A stretch of DNA of 64,000 nucleotides from Mustelus asterias. Taxonomy: Eukaryota. The notes beneath the pieces are model-generated. The model did not search any database and was not told the DNA's origin. It saw nothing but the letters and a program-made list of their open reading frames with translations. The translations under genes were made by a program, and so were the position numbers. Positions 22,411 through 34,300 of this stretch are shown here, one piece after another. Position 1 is the first letter of the stretch. Each line of letters starts with the position of its first letter. The stretch is taken from positions 2,480,001 to 2,544,000 of the forward strand of contig NC_135815.1 in NCBI RefSeq assembly GCF_964213995.1, given 5' to 3'.

Positions 22411-25400
22411 CAGTGTTGGGACAGTGTGTCTCAGTGTTGGGGCTGTGTGTCTCAGTGTTGGAGCTGTGTGTCTCAGTGTTGGGACTGTGTGTGTCAGTGT
22501 TGGGGCTGTGTGTGTCAGTGTTGGGGCTGTGTGTCTCAGTGTTGGGGCTGTGTGTGTCAGTGTTGGGGCTGTGTGTCTCAGTGTTGGGGCTGTGTGTGTC
22601 AGTGTTGGGGCTGTGTGTCTCAGTGTTGGAGCTGTGTGTCTCAGTGTTGGGGCTGTGTGCCTCAGTGTTGGGGCTGTGTGCCTCAGTGTTGGGGCTGTGT
22701 GTCTCAGTGTTGGGGCTGTGTGTCTCAGTGTTAGGACAGTGTGTCTCAGTGTTAGGACAGTGTGTCTCAGTGTTGGGGCTGTGTGTCTCAGTGTTGGGGC
22801 TGTGTGTCTCAGTGTTAGGACAGTGTGTCTCAGTGTTAGGACAGTGTGTCTCAGTGTTGGGACAGTGTGTCTCAGTGTTGGGGCTGTGTGTCTCAGTGTT
22901 GGGACAGTGTGTCTCAGTGTTGGGGCTGTGTGTCTCAGTGTTAGGACAGTGTGTCTCAGTGTTAGGACAGTGTGTCTCAGTGTTGGGGCTGTGTGTCTCA
23001 GTGTTGGGACAGTGTGTCTCAGTGTTGGGACAGTGTGTCTGTGTTAGGACAGTGTGTCTCAGTGTTGGGACAGTGTGTCTCAGTGTTGGGACAGTGTGTC
23101 TCAGTGTTGGGGCTGTGTGTCTCAGTGTTGGGACAGTGTGTCTCAGTGTTTGTGCTATGTGTCTCAGTGTTGGGGCTGTTTGTCTCAGTGTTAGGACAGT
23201 GTGTCTCAGTGTTAGGACAGTGTGTCTCAGTGTTAGGACAGTGTGTCTCAGTGTTGGGACAGTGTGTCTCAATGTTGGGACAGTGTGTCTCAGTGTTGGG
23301 GCTGTGTGTCTCAGTGTTGGGACAGTGTGTCTCAGTGTTTGTGCTATGTGTCTCAGTGTTAGGACAGTGTGTCTCAGTGTTAGGACAGTGTGTCTCAGTG
23401 TTAGGACAGTGTGTCTCAGTGTTGGGACAGTGTGTCTCAGTGTTGGGGCTGTGTGTCTCAGTGTTGGGGCTGTGTGTCTCAGTGTTTGTGCTATGTGTCT
23501 CAGTGTTGGGGCTGTTTGTCTCAGTGTTAGGACAGTGTGTCTCAGTGTTAGGACAGTGTGTCTCAGTGTTAGGACAGTGTGTCTCAGTGTTGGGACAGTG
23601 TGTCTCAATGTTGGGACAGTGTGTCTCAGTGTTGGGGCTGTGTGTCTCAGTGTTGGGACAGTGTGTCTCAGTGTTTGTGCTATGTGTCTCAGTGTTAGGA
23701 CAGTGTGTCTCAGTGTTAGGACAGTGTGTCTCAGTGTTAGGACAGTGTGTCTCAGTGTTGGGACAGTGTGTCTCAGTGTTGGGGCTGTGTGTCTCAGTGT
23801 TGGGACAGTGTGTCTCAGTGTTTGTGCTATGTGTCTCAGTGTTGGGACAGTGTGTCTCAGTGTTTGTGCTATGTGTCTCAGTGTTGGGACAGTGTGTCTC
23901 AGTGTTAGGACAGTGTGTCTCAGTGTTGGGACAGTGTGTCTCAGTGTTGGGGCTGTGTGTCTCAGTGTTGGGGCTGTGTGTCTCAGTGTTTGTGCTATGT
24001 GTCTCAGTGTTGGGGCTGTTTGTCTCAGTGTTAGGACAGTGTGTCTCAGTGTTAGGACAGTGTGTCTCAGTGTTAGGACAGTGTGTCTCAGTGTTGGGAC
24101 AGTGTGTCTCAATGTTGGGACAGTGTGTCTCAGTGTTGGGGCTGTGTGTCTCAGTGTTGGGACAGTGTGTCTCAGTGTTTGTGCTATGTGTCTCAGTGTT
24201 AGGACAGTGTGTCTCAGTGTTAGGACAGTGTGTCTCAGTGTTAGGACAGTGTGTCTCAGTGTTGGGACAGTGTGTCTCAGTGTTGGGGCTGTGTGTCTCA
24301 GTGTTGGGACAGTGTGTCTCAGTGTTTGTGCTATGTGTCTCAGTGTTGGGACAGTGTGTCTCAGTGTTTGTGCTATGTGTCTCAGTGTTGGGACAGTGTG
24401 TCTCAGTGTTAGGACAGTGTGTCTCAGTGTTGGGACAGTGTGTCTCAGTGTTGGGGCTGTGTGTCTCAGTGTTGGGGCTGTGTGTCTCAGTGTTGGGGCT
24501 GTGTGTCTCAGTGTTGGGACAGTGTGTCTCAGTGTTAGGACAGTGTGTCTCAGTGTTGGGACAGTGTGTCTCAGTGTTGGGACAGTGTGTCTCAGTGTTG
24601 GGGCTGTGTGTCTCAGTGTTGGGACAGTGTGTCTCAGTGTTAGGACAGTGTGTCTCAGTGTTGGGACAGTGTGTCTCAGTGTTGGGACAGTGTGTCTCAG
24701 TGTTGGGGCTGTGTGTCTCAGTGTTGGGACAGTGTGTCTCAGTGTTTGTGCTATGTGTCTCAGTGTTAGGACAGTGTGTCTCAGTGTTAGGACAGTGTGT
24801 CTCAGTGTTAGGACAGTGTGTCTCAGTGTTGGGACAGTGTGTCTCAGTGTTGGGGCTGTGTGTCTCAGTGTTGGGACAGTGTGTCTCAGTGTTTGTGCTA
24901 TGTGTCTCAGTGTTGGGGCTGTGTGTCTCAGTGTTGGGGCTGTGTGTCTCAGTGTTTGTGCTATGTGTCTCAGTGTTGGGGCTGTTTGTCTCAGTGTTAG
25001 GACAGTGTGTCTCAGTGTTAGGACAGTGTGTCTCAGTGTTAGGACAGTGTGTCTCAGTGTTGGGACAGTGTGTCTCAATGTTGGGACAGTGTGTCTCAGT
25101 GTTGGGGCTGTGTGTCTCAGTGTTGGGACAGTGTGTCTCAGTGTTTGTGCTATGTGTCTCAGTGTTAGGACAGTGTGTCTCAGTGTTAGGACAGTGTGTC
25201 TCAGTGTTAGGACAGTGTGTCTCAGTGTTGGGACAGTGTGTCTCAGTGTTGGGGCTGTGTGTCTCAGTGTTGGGACAGTGTGTCTCAGTGTTTGTGCTAT
25301 GTGTCTCAGTGTTGGGACAGTGTGTCTCAGTGTTTGTGCTATGTGTCTCAGTGTTGGGACAGTGTGTCTCAGTGTTAGGACAGTGTGTCTCAGTGTTGGG

Positions 25401-25730
25401 ACAGTGTGTCTCAGTGTTGGGGCTGTGTGTCTCAGTGTTGGGGCTGTGTGTCTCAGTGTTGGGGCTGTGTGTCTCAGTGTTGGGACAGTGTGTCTCAGTG
25501 TTAGGACAGTGTGTCTCAGTGTTGGGACAGTGTGTCTCAGTGTTGGGACAGTGTGTCTCAGTGTTGGGGCTGTGTGTCTCAGTGTTGGGACAGTGTGTCT
25601 CAGTGTTAGGACAGTGTGTCTCAGTGTTGGGACAGTGTGTCTCAGTGTTGGGACAGTGTGTCTCAGTGTTGGGGCTGTGTGTCTCAGTGTTGGGACAGTG
25701 TGTCTCAGTGTTTGTGCTATGTGTCTCAGT
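22411..25730. repeat. 21-bp minisatellite (cagtgttgggacagtgtgtct)n, ~3.3 kb, in intron 1
   Basis: About 158 units with recurring variant patterns. One 19-bp unit near 23040. Confidence 0.97.
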
Positions 25731-26394
25731 GGTGTTGGCCCCTTCCAGCATGCCCGTTATCCAGCTGTTAATTCCTGGAAGGGATGGGGAGGGTAGGGTT
25801 AGTAGTCAGTGAGTAATATGAAATGGTGAAATCTGCTTCACTGGACCTCCAGGCCCACGCCCATCTCCTTCTGATATGGACCCTGCCACTGACTCTCTGA
25901 ATTCTCAAGAGGAAACGGAATGCTGGCAAGATGGTGGCAATGTGGTTAATTTCTGTAATTCACTTTGCTTCTGTTCGCAAGTTCTCATTACTAAAGAGTT
26001 GCTTCACAGTTCCATGCCCTTGCTGCTAAATGGTTATATTGAACAGATTAGGTAAATACCGATTGTGAAAGAGGAATCTTCAGGGAACAGAGCCAATGAG
26101 GAGAGTTTGAACAGTTTCAAGTTGTTTCCATTGCTGAATTATTGGGTTAGATATCAGTCACCACTGAACCCTTTGGACAGGTAAAAAGCAGAAGCAAAAA
26201 TGAGCAATTTCATCAGGTACTCCCCCAAGAAAACTCCAAAACTGGATCATCGACAGCAACTAAGCCATGTGTTAGCGCTCTTGAATGTACTAATGATACT
26301 GGGTTAAATAAGCCTAAAGTTTTTTATTTTATTGACAAAGGGTTAATGTCAGAGTCAGGAATGAGCAATGAATGTTCATTATCTGTCCTTGAAG

Positions 26395-28648
26395 CTTGTT
26401 ACTAGAGAGGCAGTGCTTGGTAGACTAACGGGACTGAAGGTGGACAAGTCCCCGGGCCCGGATGGAATGCATCCCAGGGTACTGAAAGAAATGTCGGAGG
26501 TAATTGCGGATGCGTTAGTGGTTATTTATCAAAATTCGTTGGATTCTAGGGTAGTGCCGGCTGATTGGAAAACAACTACTGTTACGCCGCTGTTTAAAAA
26601 AGGAAGTAGACAAAAGGTGGGTAACTACAGGCCGGTTAGCTTAACGTCTATAGTTGGGAAAATGCTGGAATCCATCATTAAAGAAGAAATAGCAGGCCAT
26701 CTGCTCAAGCAGACGCAGCATGGATTCATGAGAGGAAAGTCGTGCTTGACGAACCTACTGGATTTTTCTGAAGCTGTGACTAGTGCCGTTGACGGAGGGG
26801 AACCGGTGGATGTGGTATTTTTGGATTTCCAAAAGGCATTCGATAAGGTGCCTCACAAAAGGTTGCTGCGGAAGATTGGGGCACACGGAGTTGGGGGTAG
26901 GGTGTTAGCGTGGATTGGGGATTGGCTATCCAACAGGAAGCGGAGAGTTGGAATAAATGGGTGCTTTTCTAGTTGGCAGATGGTGACTAGTGGCGTGCCG
27001 CAGGGATCGGTACTGGGGCCTCAACTGTTTACTATTTACATAGATGATCTGGAGGAGGGGACTGAGTGTAGGGTAACAAAGTTTGCTGACGACACGAAGA
27101 TAAGTGGGAAAGTGAATTGCGTGAAGGAAGCGGAAGGTCTGCAGAGAGATTTGGATAGGCTGAGTGAGTGGGCGAGGATCTGGCAGATGGAGTATAACGT
27201 TGGCAAATGTGAGGTTATTCACTTTGGAAGAAATAATAGCAAATTGGATTATTATTTAAATGGAAAAAAATTACAACATGCTACTGTGCAGAGGGACCTG
27301 GGGGTCCTTGTGCAGGAGTCGCAAAAACTCAGTCTGCAGGTACAACAGGTGATCAAGAAGGCAAATGGGATGTTGGCATTTAACGCGAGGGGGATAGAAT
27401 ATAAATGCAGAGAAGTCTTGCTGCATCTGTACAAGGCATTGGTGAGGCCGCAGCTGGAATACTGTGCGCAGTATTGGTCCCCTTATTTGTGAAAGGATAT
27501 ATTGGCCTTGGAAGGAGTGCAGAGAACATAAGAACATAAGAAATAGAAGCAGGAGTAGGCCATCTAGCCCCTCAAGCCTGCCCCGCCATTCAATAAGATC
27601 ATGGCTGATCTGAAGTGAATCTGTTCTACTTACCCGCCTGCTCCCCATAACCCTTAATTCCCTTACCGATCAGGAATCCATCTATCCGTGATTTAAACAT
27701 ATTCAATGAGGTAGCCTCCACCACTTCAGTGGGCAGAGAATTCCAGAGATTCACCACCCTCTGAGAGAAGAAGTTCCTCCTCAACTCTGTCCTAAACTGA
27801 CCCCCCTTTATTTTGAGGCTGTGCCCTCTAGTTCTAGTTTCCTTTCTAAGTGGAAAGAATCTCTCCACCTCTACCCTATCCAGCCCCTTCATTATCTTAT
27901 AGGTCTCTATAAGATCCCCCCTCAGCCTTCTAAATTCCAACGAGTACAAACCCAATCTGCTCAGTCTCTCCTCATAATCAACACCCCTCATCTCTGGTAT
28001 CAACCTGGTGAACCTTCTCTGCACTCCCTCCAAGGCCAATATGTCCTTCCGCAAATAAGGGGACCAATACTGCACACAGTATTCCAGCTGCGGCCTCACC
28101 AATGCCCTGTACAGATGCAGCAAGACATCTCTGCTTTTATATTCTATCCCCCTCGCGATATAGAAGGTTCACCAGGTTGATACCGGAGATGAGGGGTGTA
28201 GATTATGAGGAGAGACTGAGCAGATTAGGTTTGTACTCGTTGGAATTTAGAAGGCTGAGCGGTGATCTTATAGAGGCATATAAGATAATGAAGGGGCTGG
28301 ATAGGATAGAATTCTTTCCACTTAGAAAGGAAACCAGAACTAGAGGACACAACCTCAAAATAATGGGGGGTCAGTTTAGGACAGAGTTGAGGAGGAATCT
28401 CTTCTCTAGGATGGTGGTGAATCTCTGGAATTCTCTGCCCACTGAAGTGGTGGAGGCTTCCTCGTTGAATATGTTTAAATCATGGATAGATGGATTCCTG
28501 ATCGGTAAGGGAATTAAGGGTTATGGGGAGCAGGCGGGTAAGTGGAACTGATTCACTTCAGATCAGCCATGATCTTATTGAATGGCGGGGCAGGCTCGAG
28601 GGGCTAGATGGCCTACTCCTGCTCCTATTTCTTATGTTCTTATGTTCT
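26395..28648 (+). mobile_element. 5'-truncated CR1 (RT domain) with an inverted same-subfamily copy inserted at ~27524-28161
   Basis: RT motifs [17 protein letters not shown] and FADD. Host ORF breaks at EGVQR| and resumes at RFTRLIPE. Confidence 0.92.
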
Positions 28649-29581
28649 AAGCTGTCTTTGGGTGAAGTGAAATGAGTAACTCTGTCTCAAACAAAGAATG
28701 GGTTCAAAGTTCCCACAATCAATATTAAGCTCACACATCAGTAACTTTAGTTTTTATCACCAACCCTTCTGAGAATACAGAGCGACATTTCTTATCCTCT
28801 AGAGCAAAGACTCAGGCCAGAATTCTCCGGCCATTCGCATCCCGCCACCGCTGCCAGCGGAACAGAGAATTTGTCGTTCAGCCAAATCTCCGCTGACTGC
28901 AGCGGGACTGGAGAATCCCAGCTGCGGGTGAGGTCGGAGAATTTCGGCTGCAATTCCTGATTCTCCAGAGCTTTGGAAAATCATGATGAACACATTTACA
29001 ATATCCTCACCTGACCGTTTAATATTTTAACATGGAACCCATCAGGTCCTGGAGATTTATCAATCTTAAATCCCATTTACTGGCTCCGCTATCATTGTTT
29101 TTACATGTTTTAAATCCAATTTGATTTTTCTAAAAGGCTGCAACATTGTCATTTAACAAACCCTCATAACGGGACGGCACGGTGACACAGTGGTTAGCAT
29201 TGCTGCCTCACAGCGCCAGGGAGCGAGGTTCGATTTGCAGCTCGGGTTACTGTCTGTGCGGAGTCTGCACTTTCTCCCCGTGTCTGCGTGGGTTTCCTCC
29301 GTGCGCTCCGGTTTCCTCCCACAGTCTGAAAGAAGTGCCAGTTACCTTGAAGGGCAGTTGATTGGTCTCTGTGGTGCAATACTCTCATACATGCAGCGAA
29401 CTGGGCTAGGTGTCTCAGTGTGAGATCTGACGCTGTATTTTCCCATTGAACCACGAGAAAGCCCAAGCTATCGCAATGCTTAAACAGAAATGTGACAACA
29501 AAATACACACCACCCACTCAGAATCCGAAAACCAAACTCCAAAGCAAACAAAACCAAAGTCAACTCTGGCTGTTCACTTAC

Positions 29582-29633
29582 CCATTTTGACACAGAAGGC
29601 CAGGGTCAGGACTGAGAGAAATGGCTCAAACAT
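29582..29633 (-). CDS. Exon 1 (signal peptide) of multi-VJ Ig-superfamily receptor: MFEPFLSVLTLAFCVKM+G
   Basis: ATG at 29633-29631, hydrophobic core, phase-1 donor G|GTAAGT. Joins V1 in frame (..VKMGHEA-KIVLVQSP). TATA element about 50 bp upstream. Confidence 0.85.
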
Positions 29634-29659
29634 TTTAAACAAACTTATTCTTCAAAGAC

Positions 29660-29820
29660 TAACTTCCTGTTCTTTCACACGGAGTATATATAAAACCGCT
29701 GGTCTTGCAAATGTGACTGAATTTCACTGCTGTTCACGGGGCTCAAATACAACCACAGAAAGAGGAAGAAATAACATGAGGGACTGCCCTCTGAAAACAA
29801 TTCACAAATCAGGAAATAAG
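29660..29820 (-). promoter_or_regulatory. Putative leukocyte-type promoter of the receptor gene
   Basis: TATATATA 29685-29692, ETS site ACAGGAAGT 29662-29670, octamer-like ATTTGCAA 29705-29712, RUNX TGTGGTT 29751-29757 next to PU-box-like AAAGAGGAAG 29759-29768. Confidence 0.6.
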
Positions 29821-30289
29821 TGCGCAGACCCTGTTGCACCAATCACCCTTCAATGCCTCTTCTATTGGCTGCAGTGGCTGGAATTGTACCATCCCGCCCG
29901 ACGCAGAATCGGTGCGGGCGAGGGGTGGACAATGGGAAGGTCCGTTGACCTTGGCTGGGATTTTACAGTTTCAGGATGAGCGGGGCTGTAAAATCCCGCA
30001 GTGACTCCAACTCTTGTCAAGATCCACAGGCACTGTGTAAGCTTTAGGCCGTGCAGTCAATTTCCCAAAAAATGGTTAAGCTCAAGAGTGGTTTCAAATT
30101 AGTTCATTAAATGGTTTGTTAATGCAATGGCTTCAATATTATCCCTAAACCAAATAGACATGGAAAGCACATGACCTGTGACAGGTGAGAATGGTTTAGC
30201 AGTCCAGCAGGACACACAGATGGATGGAGTGAGTGTCGATCTCTGTAACTTATGGTGGCAGCTTTTGTTCTCCAATTGAAGTGTTCGGA

Positions 30290-30892
30290 AGCCCTTTCCC
30301 CAATGCCCTCACTCTCCTCCCGTCTCCCTCACTCTTCCCAAACTCCCTCACACCCCGCGCCCCCAGACTCTTATTCTTCCCAATCTCCCTCACTCTCCTC
30401 CCATCTCCCTCACTCTTCCCAAAACTCCCTCACACCCCCCCAGACTCTCATTCTTCCCAATCTCCCTCACTCTTTCCCATCTCTCTCACTCTTCCCCATT
30501 CTCCCTCTCTCTTCCCAAAATTCCCTCACTCTCCTCCAGACTCTCTGATTCTTCCCCATCTCCCTCACTTTCCCCAGACTCCCTCACTTTCTCCCAGACT
30601 CCCTCACTCTGCTCTCAATCTCCCTCACTCTCCTCCCATCTCCCTCACTCTTCCCAAAACTCCCTCATACACCCCCCCCAGACTCTCATTCTTCCCAATC
30701 TCCCTCACTCTCATCCCATCTCCCTCACTCTTCCCAAAACTCCCTCACACCCCACCCCCCCCAGACTCTCATTCTTCCCAATCTCCTTCACTCTTCCCCA
30801 TCTCCCTCATTTTCCCCAGATTCCCTCACTCTTCCCCAGACTCCCTCACACTTTCCCAGACTCCCTCAATCTTCCCCAGACTTCCTCATTCT
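30290..30892. repeat. Pyrimidine-rich degenerate repeat (ctccctcactcttccc-type) upstream of the promoter
   Basis: Almost no G on the + strand over 600 bp. Confidence 0.85.
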
Positions 30893-31296
30893 TATATATT
30901 TTAGATATTACATGTTATGGTTCAAAATCCTGGAATTCCCTCCCTCACGGCATTGTGGGTCATCCCACAGCACGTGGACTGCGGCGATTCAAGAAGGCAG
31001 CTCACCACCACCTTCTCCAGGGCAACTCGGGATGGGCAATAAATGCTGGCCAGCCAGCGACGCCCATCTCCCGTGAATGATTAAAAATAATTAAAGACTG
31101 AATATTCTGGATAAACTCAGAAAGTCTGATAGTATCGGTGGAGAGAGAAACGGAATTAACATTTCAAATCCAAATCAGAACTTCAGAACTGAGGCAGGAT
31201 AGAAATGTGATGAGTCAGACAGGTGGAGACCAGCTGGGAAAGGTGGGGCAGAATGGGTCAGAATTGGAGGTTTGCTGTCGAAATGTTGCTGTCTAA

Positions 31297-31864
31297 ATGT
31301 TGCTGCAGCTTTATAGGACCCTGGTTAGACCCCACTTGGAGTACTGCGCGCAGTTCTGGTTACCTCATTACAGGAAAGATGTTGAAGCCATTGAAAGGGT
31401 GCAGAGGAGATTTACAAGGATGTTGCCTGGATTGGGGGGCATGCCTTATGAGGATAGGTTGAGGGAGCTTGGTCTCTTCTCCCTGGAGAGACGAAGGATG
31501 AGAGGTGACCTGATAGAGGTTTACAAGATGTTGAGAGGTCTGGATAGGGTAGACTCTCAGAGGCTATTTCCAAGGGCTGAAATGGTTGCTACGAGAGGAC
31601 ACAGGTTTAAGGTGCTGGGGGGTAGGTACAGAGGAGATGTCAGGGGTAAGTTTTTCACTCAGAGGGTGGTGGGTGAGTGGAATCGGCTGACGTCGGTGGT
31701 GGTGGAGGCAAACTCGTTGGGGTCTTTTAAGAGACTTCTGGATGAGTACATGGGATTTAATGGGATTGAGGGCTATAGATAGGCCTAGAGGTGGGGATGT
31801 GATCGGCGCAACTTGTGGGCCGAAGGGCCTGTTTGTGCTGTGGCTTTCTATGTTCTATGTTCTA
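31297..31864 (+). mobile_element. CR1 LINE 3' fragment
   Basis: Intact ORF2 C-terminus and (tgttcta)n tail, flanked by tctaaatg repeats. Confidence 0.9.
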
Positions 31865-32389
31865 AATGCTGCTTTTGAGTTAGGAGAGAGCAGTCTCTCT
31901 CTTTTCCCCTCTCTGTAGTCTGGAGACAGGAAGCTGCCAGAGACTGGGTTTACCTCTCTGAGGTTTGGCTGTTTTGAGGGTATATCCTTCTCTGAATATT
32001 GCTGGCTTGGATTTCTGTCCATAGGTGTTACAAAGCTCTAAATCCAGCATCACCTGAGCATACTTGTATTAGTGCTGACGAATTCTGAAGAAGAGTGTGT
32101 GTCTGTGGGGCATTGCTTTGAATTGGAACAACAGAGATAGCTAGCTGTTGGGAGTTATTCTGTGTCATGTTTAAGCTTTGTAATTGATAAAAGTTATGCT
32201 AATTCTTTTTGTTATGTTCGAACTGTGTTCTTAAATAAACTCTGTTTGAAAAAAGCTTCCTAGTGGGCCACTTGAATCATACCTGGAGTGAAACACCTTA
32301 GACTCACGCTAACGCCAAAATCAAATGTGAAACTTAGGGTCTAGGCTAACTTCACAGAACACCTTGGGGTCTCTGGTCTGGGTCTCAAC
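31865..32389 (+). mobile_element. LTR-like interspersed repeat, copy 3 (3' part)
   Basis: Same 3' half as copies 1 and 2, ends tctcaaca. Confidence 0.6.
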
Positions 32390-32989
32390 AGCAGTACCAC
32401 AGGGCAGTGTAAGGGACAGTGCTGAGGGACAGTTTCAGGGACAATGCAAGGGTAGTACCTAGGGGGTAGTGTCAGGAGGCAGTGGCAGGGCTTTCCCTAG
32501 GGAGTTCCATTGTGGGAGGGGGATTTCCCTGTGTCCATGGGGAGGGGGCTCCCTGTGTACAAAGAGGAAGGGTCTCTCTGTGTGTGTACGGGGGGGTTCC
32601 TTGTTTTAACTTTTAGTGCATCCCAATATTTGGAGTGCTGATGTTGCAGCTGGGCTGGCTCTGGTGTGGGGTACGCCTCCAGCGTTGTTTATTTTCTCCG
32701 TGCTATGAAAGCTGACTGCTCAGAGAGCGAAGCTTCACACTGCTTCTCTCACCCAAGACAGCACTTAGAAACAAAACCAGAAAATTCCACCTGAGGTCTC
32801 TTCCCCTCCAATCCCTGAACACTCACGGATGCTCTTTATCTCGAGGGGCTGATTGCTTCCCCAATATCAACATAAAAACGTACAGATTAGCAGCAAGTTT
32901 AGGCCACTCGGCCCCTTGGGCCTGCTCTGCCATTCAACATGATCATGGCTGATCTGATTGTAACCTCAACCCCACATTCCTGCCACCCC

Positions 32990-33142
32990 CAATAACCTTT
33001 CACCCCCGATAGCCTTTCACCCCGATAACCTTTCACCCCTGAAAACCTTTCACATCCGATAACCTTTCACCCCCGAAAACCTTTCACACCCGATAACCTT
33101 TCACCCCCGAAAACCTTTCACACCCGATAACCTTTCACCCCG
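32990..33142. repeat. ~18-19-bp tandem repeat (ccgataacctttcaccc) expanded inside a CR1 3' end
   Basis: About 8 units within a minus-strand CR1 tail (~32880-33230). Confidence 0.8.
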
Positions 33143-34109
33143 TTGCCTACCGAAAAGCTATCCACCGCTGCCTTAAAAATATTCAAAGATGCTGCTTCCA
33201 CTGCCTTTTCAGGAAGAGAATTTCACCTCAGATGTGCGGCACAGTGGCACTGCTGTCTCACAACACCAAGGATCCAGGTTCAGTTGCCGGCTTGGGTCAC
33301 TGTCTGTGTGGAGTTTGCACATTCTCCCTGTGTCTGCGTGGGTTTCCTCCGGGTGCTCTGGTTTCCTCACACAGTCCAAAGATGTGCGGGTTAGGTGGAT
33401 TGGCCATGCTAAGTTCGCCCTTAGCGTAAGTTATGGCATTAACCGGGATACGGGGATGGGATGGGCCTGGATAAGATGTTCTATCAGAGAGTTTTAGGGT
33501 GAGGGGCAGGAGATTCAGAGGGGATTTGAGAAAAAGCTTTTTCACTCAGAGGGTGGTGGGAATCTGGAATGCTCTGCCTGGGGAAGGTAGTGGAGGCTGG
33601 AAACCTTATAACCTTTAAAACGTATTTCGATGAGCACCTGAAATATCAAAACATTCTAGGGTATAGGACAAGAGCTGGAAAATGGGATTCATGCGACTTT
33701 AGTGGAAGTTATTGTTGGTGCAGACTCGATGGGTCAAAAGACCTTTTCTGTGCTGCGTAACTCCATAGAAAGGCCATCACCATGAGAAATAAAGATCCCG
33801 TAATGAAAACAAGTGTGAACCTGACCGTTTGGATTAGTCTTAATCGCCAGAAACAATGGAATTTTCCAGGTGTATTTCTATCGTGTCCATAATTATTCTA
33901 CGTGGTGAGTGACGATCTGGGATGCTTTACCTGAAAGGCCAGTGGAAACAAATCCCATAGCAATTTTCCAAAGGGAATTGGATAAATATTTGAAAAGTAA
34001 TCATTTCCAGTGTTGTGAGGAGTAAGACTAATTGGCTCGCTCTTTCAAAGAACCAGCATAGTCATGATGGGCTGAATGGCCATCTGCAAAATGTTATGAT
34101 TTCTAATTC

Positions 34110-34300
34110 AGAACACCAGGTTATAGTCCAATCGGTTCATTTGGTATCACGAGCTTTCAGAGCGTTGCTCCTTCATCAGGTGGATGAGTCAAGGAGCAGC
34201 GCTCCAAATGCTCGTGCTACCAAATAAACCTGTTGGACTTTAACCTGGTGTTGTGAGACTTCTTAATGTGCCCACCCCAGTCCAACACCGGCACCTCCAT
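34110..34300. mobile_element. Penelope pLTR fragments in inverted arrangement
   Basis: Matches the termini of 45620-46269. Inverted repeat centred near 34190. Confidence 0.75.

Noticed and set aside
22411-25730. RSS-like heptamers (acagtg, cacagc) in the array
   Set aside because: No exact CACAGTG and no nonamer at 12- or 23-bp spacing.
22328-25812. 900-1100-aa ORFs (TETHCPN mucin-like, LRHTVPT, VCLSVGT)
   Set aside because: Minisatellite translation open in multiple frames, with a frameshift near 23040 and no credible splice sites tying it to the receptor.
30233-30904. Pro/Ser/Leu-rich 223-aa ORF
   Set aside because: Translation of a pyrimidine-rich low-complexity tract with no gene structure.
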